A stretch of DNA of 64,000 nucleotides from a virus: IMG/VR virus record IMGVR_UViG_3300025280_000022; one strand, written 5' to 3'. A program made the translations under genes and the position numbers. Positions 63,655 through 64,000 of this stretch are shown in pieces. The notes beneath the pieces are model-generated. The model did not search any database. It saw nothing but the letters and a program-made list of their open reading frames with translations, and had not been told where the DNA came from. The stretch's first letter is position 1. Each line of letters starts with the position of its first letter.

Positions 63655-63672
63655 GTGTAATAATAACCAGGA

Positions 63673-64000
63673 ATGGATCGTAACACATATTTTGATCAAA
63701 AGGTTTTCATTGCACGTTCGGGAGAAGCTTTGAATAAGGTGGATGGCGTGCAGGGGTTTGACGCGAATTGGTCGGTGCCCAGTACACCAGTAGCTATTAA
63801 TGGCTATGGTTTTATGGAAGACGCTATTGAGGGTACGCTCGAGGGCTCTGTTACTATAGATAAAATTGTTACTTCGCAGCAAAATATTTTTTCTCCTTTA
63901 TTTGATGCGACTTTATCTGGAACTTTGGCTTATGGGTCTAGTGGCCTTTTTGATAGGAATTTTATTTTCAGCAATGCTTATATTTCATCTTATACTTCTG
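63673..64000 (+). CDS. tail-tube-like structural protein (partial, runs off window)
   Basis: Open from ATG 63673 to window end: MDRNTYFDQKVFI...VDGVQGF. Confidence 0.6.
   Translation, partial: MDRNTYFDQKVFIARSGEALNKVDGVQGFDANWSVPSTPVAINGYGFMEDAIEGTLEGSVTIDKIVTSQQNIFSPLFDATLSGTLAYGSSGLFDRNFIFSNAYISSYTS

Noticed and set aside
291-63882. Minus-strand and nested alternative-frame ORFs in the track (e.g. 7560-8078, 27878-28573, 34648-35067, 42144-42626, 54927-55731)
   Set aside because: They shadow well-supported + strand genes or low-complexity sequence and lack promoters or recognisable motifs.
1-64000. Stop-codon reassignment
   Set aside because: Large conserved genes (terL, portal, ligases, rIIA) are intact under code 11, and TAA, TAG and TGA all end genes at sensible positions.

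Overview
This 64 kb window is part of a large tailed dsDNA bacteriophage genome. It is AT-rich, uses standard code 11, and essentially all real genes are on the + strand. It has three zones. (1) 1-25 kb holds nucleotide, repair and accessory genes: dUTPase, dNMP kinase, an initiator-type tRNA-Met, two sulfotransferases, a glycosyltransferase, a RuvB-like ATPase, a mini kinase, two glycosylases, a DNA ligase, rIIA/rIIB, SprT and candidate ncRNAs. (2) 25.3-43.7 kb is an array of small promoter-headed gene cassettes. They are separated by a strictly spaced GC-rich bipartite element: two 21-bp quasi-palindromic boxes exactly 51 bp apart, with 10 complete copies in both orientations plus partial copies. 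This zone also carries TTATGTATAG arrays, a second glycosylase+ligase pair, tRNA-Leu, a tRNA-shaped RNA whose anticodon loop is replaced by a ~70-nt structured insert, tandem micro-ORF+pseudoknot units and hairpins with an invariant loop. (3) 43.9-64 kb is a late/virion module: PhoH, lysis-like membrane proteins, a sigma-like factor, nucleases, terminase, portal, protease/scaffold, major capsid, neck and tail tube, with a recurrent GTGTA(A/T)T motif upstream. Many early genes appear to be transcribed as leaderless mRNAs from TTGAC(A/T)-N16/17-(C/T)A(T/G/A)A(C/A)T promoters. A Trp-rich domain suggests, by inference, a Verrucomicrobiota (Opitutales-like) host. All protein calls come from motif recognition by eye; no database search was run.
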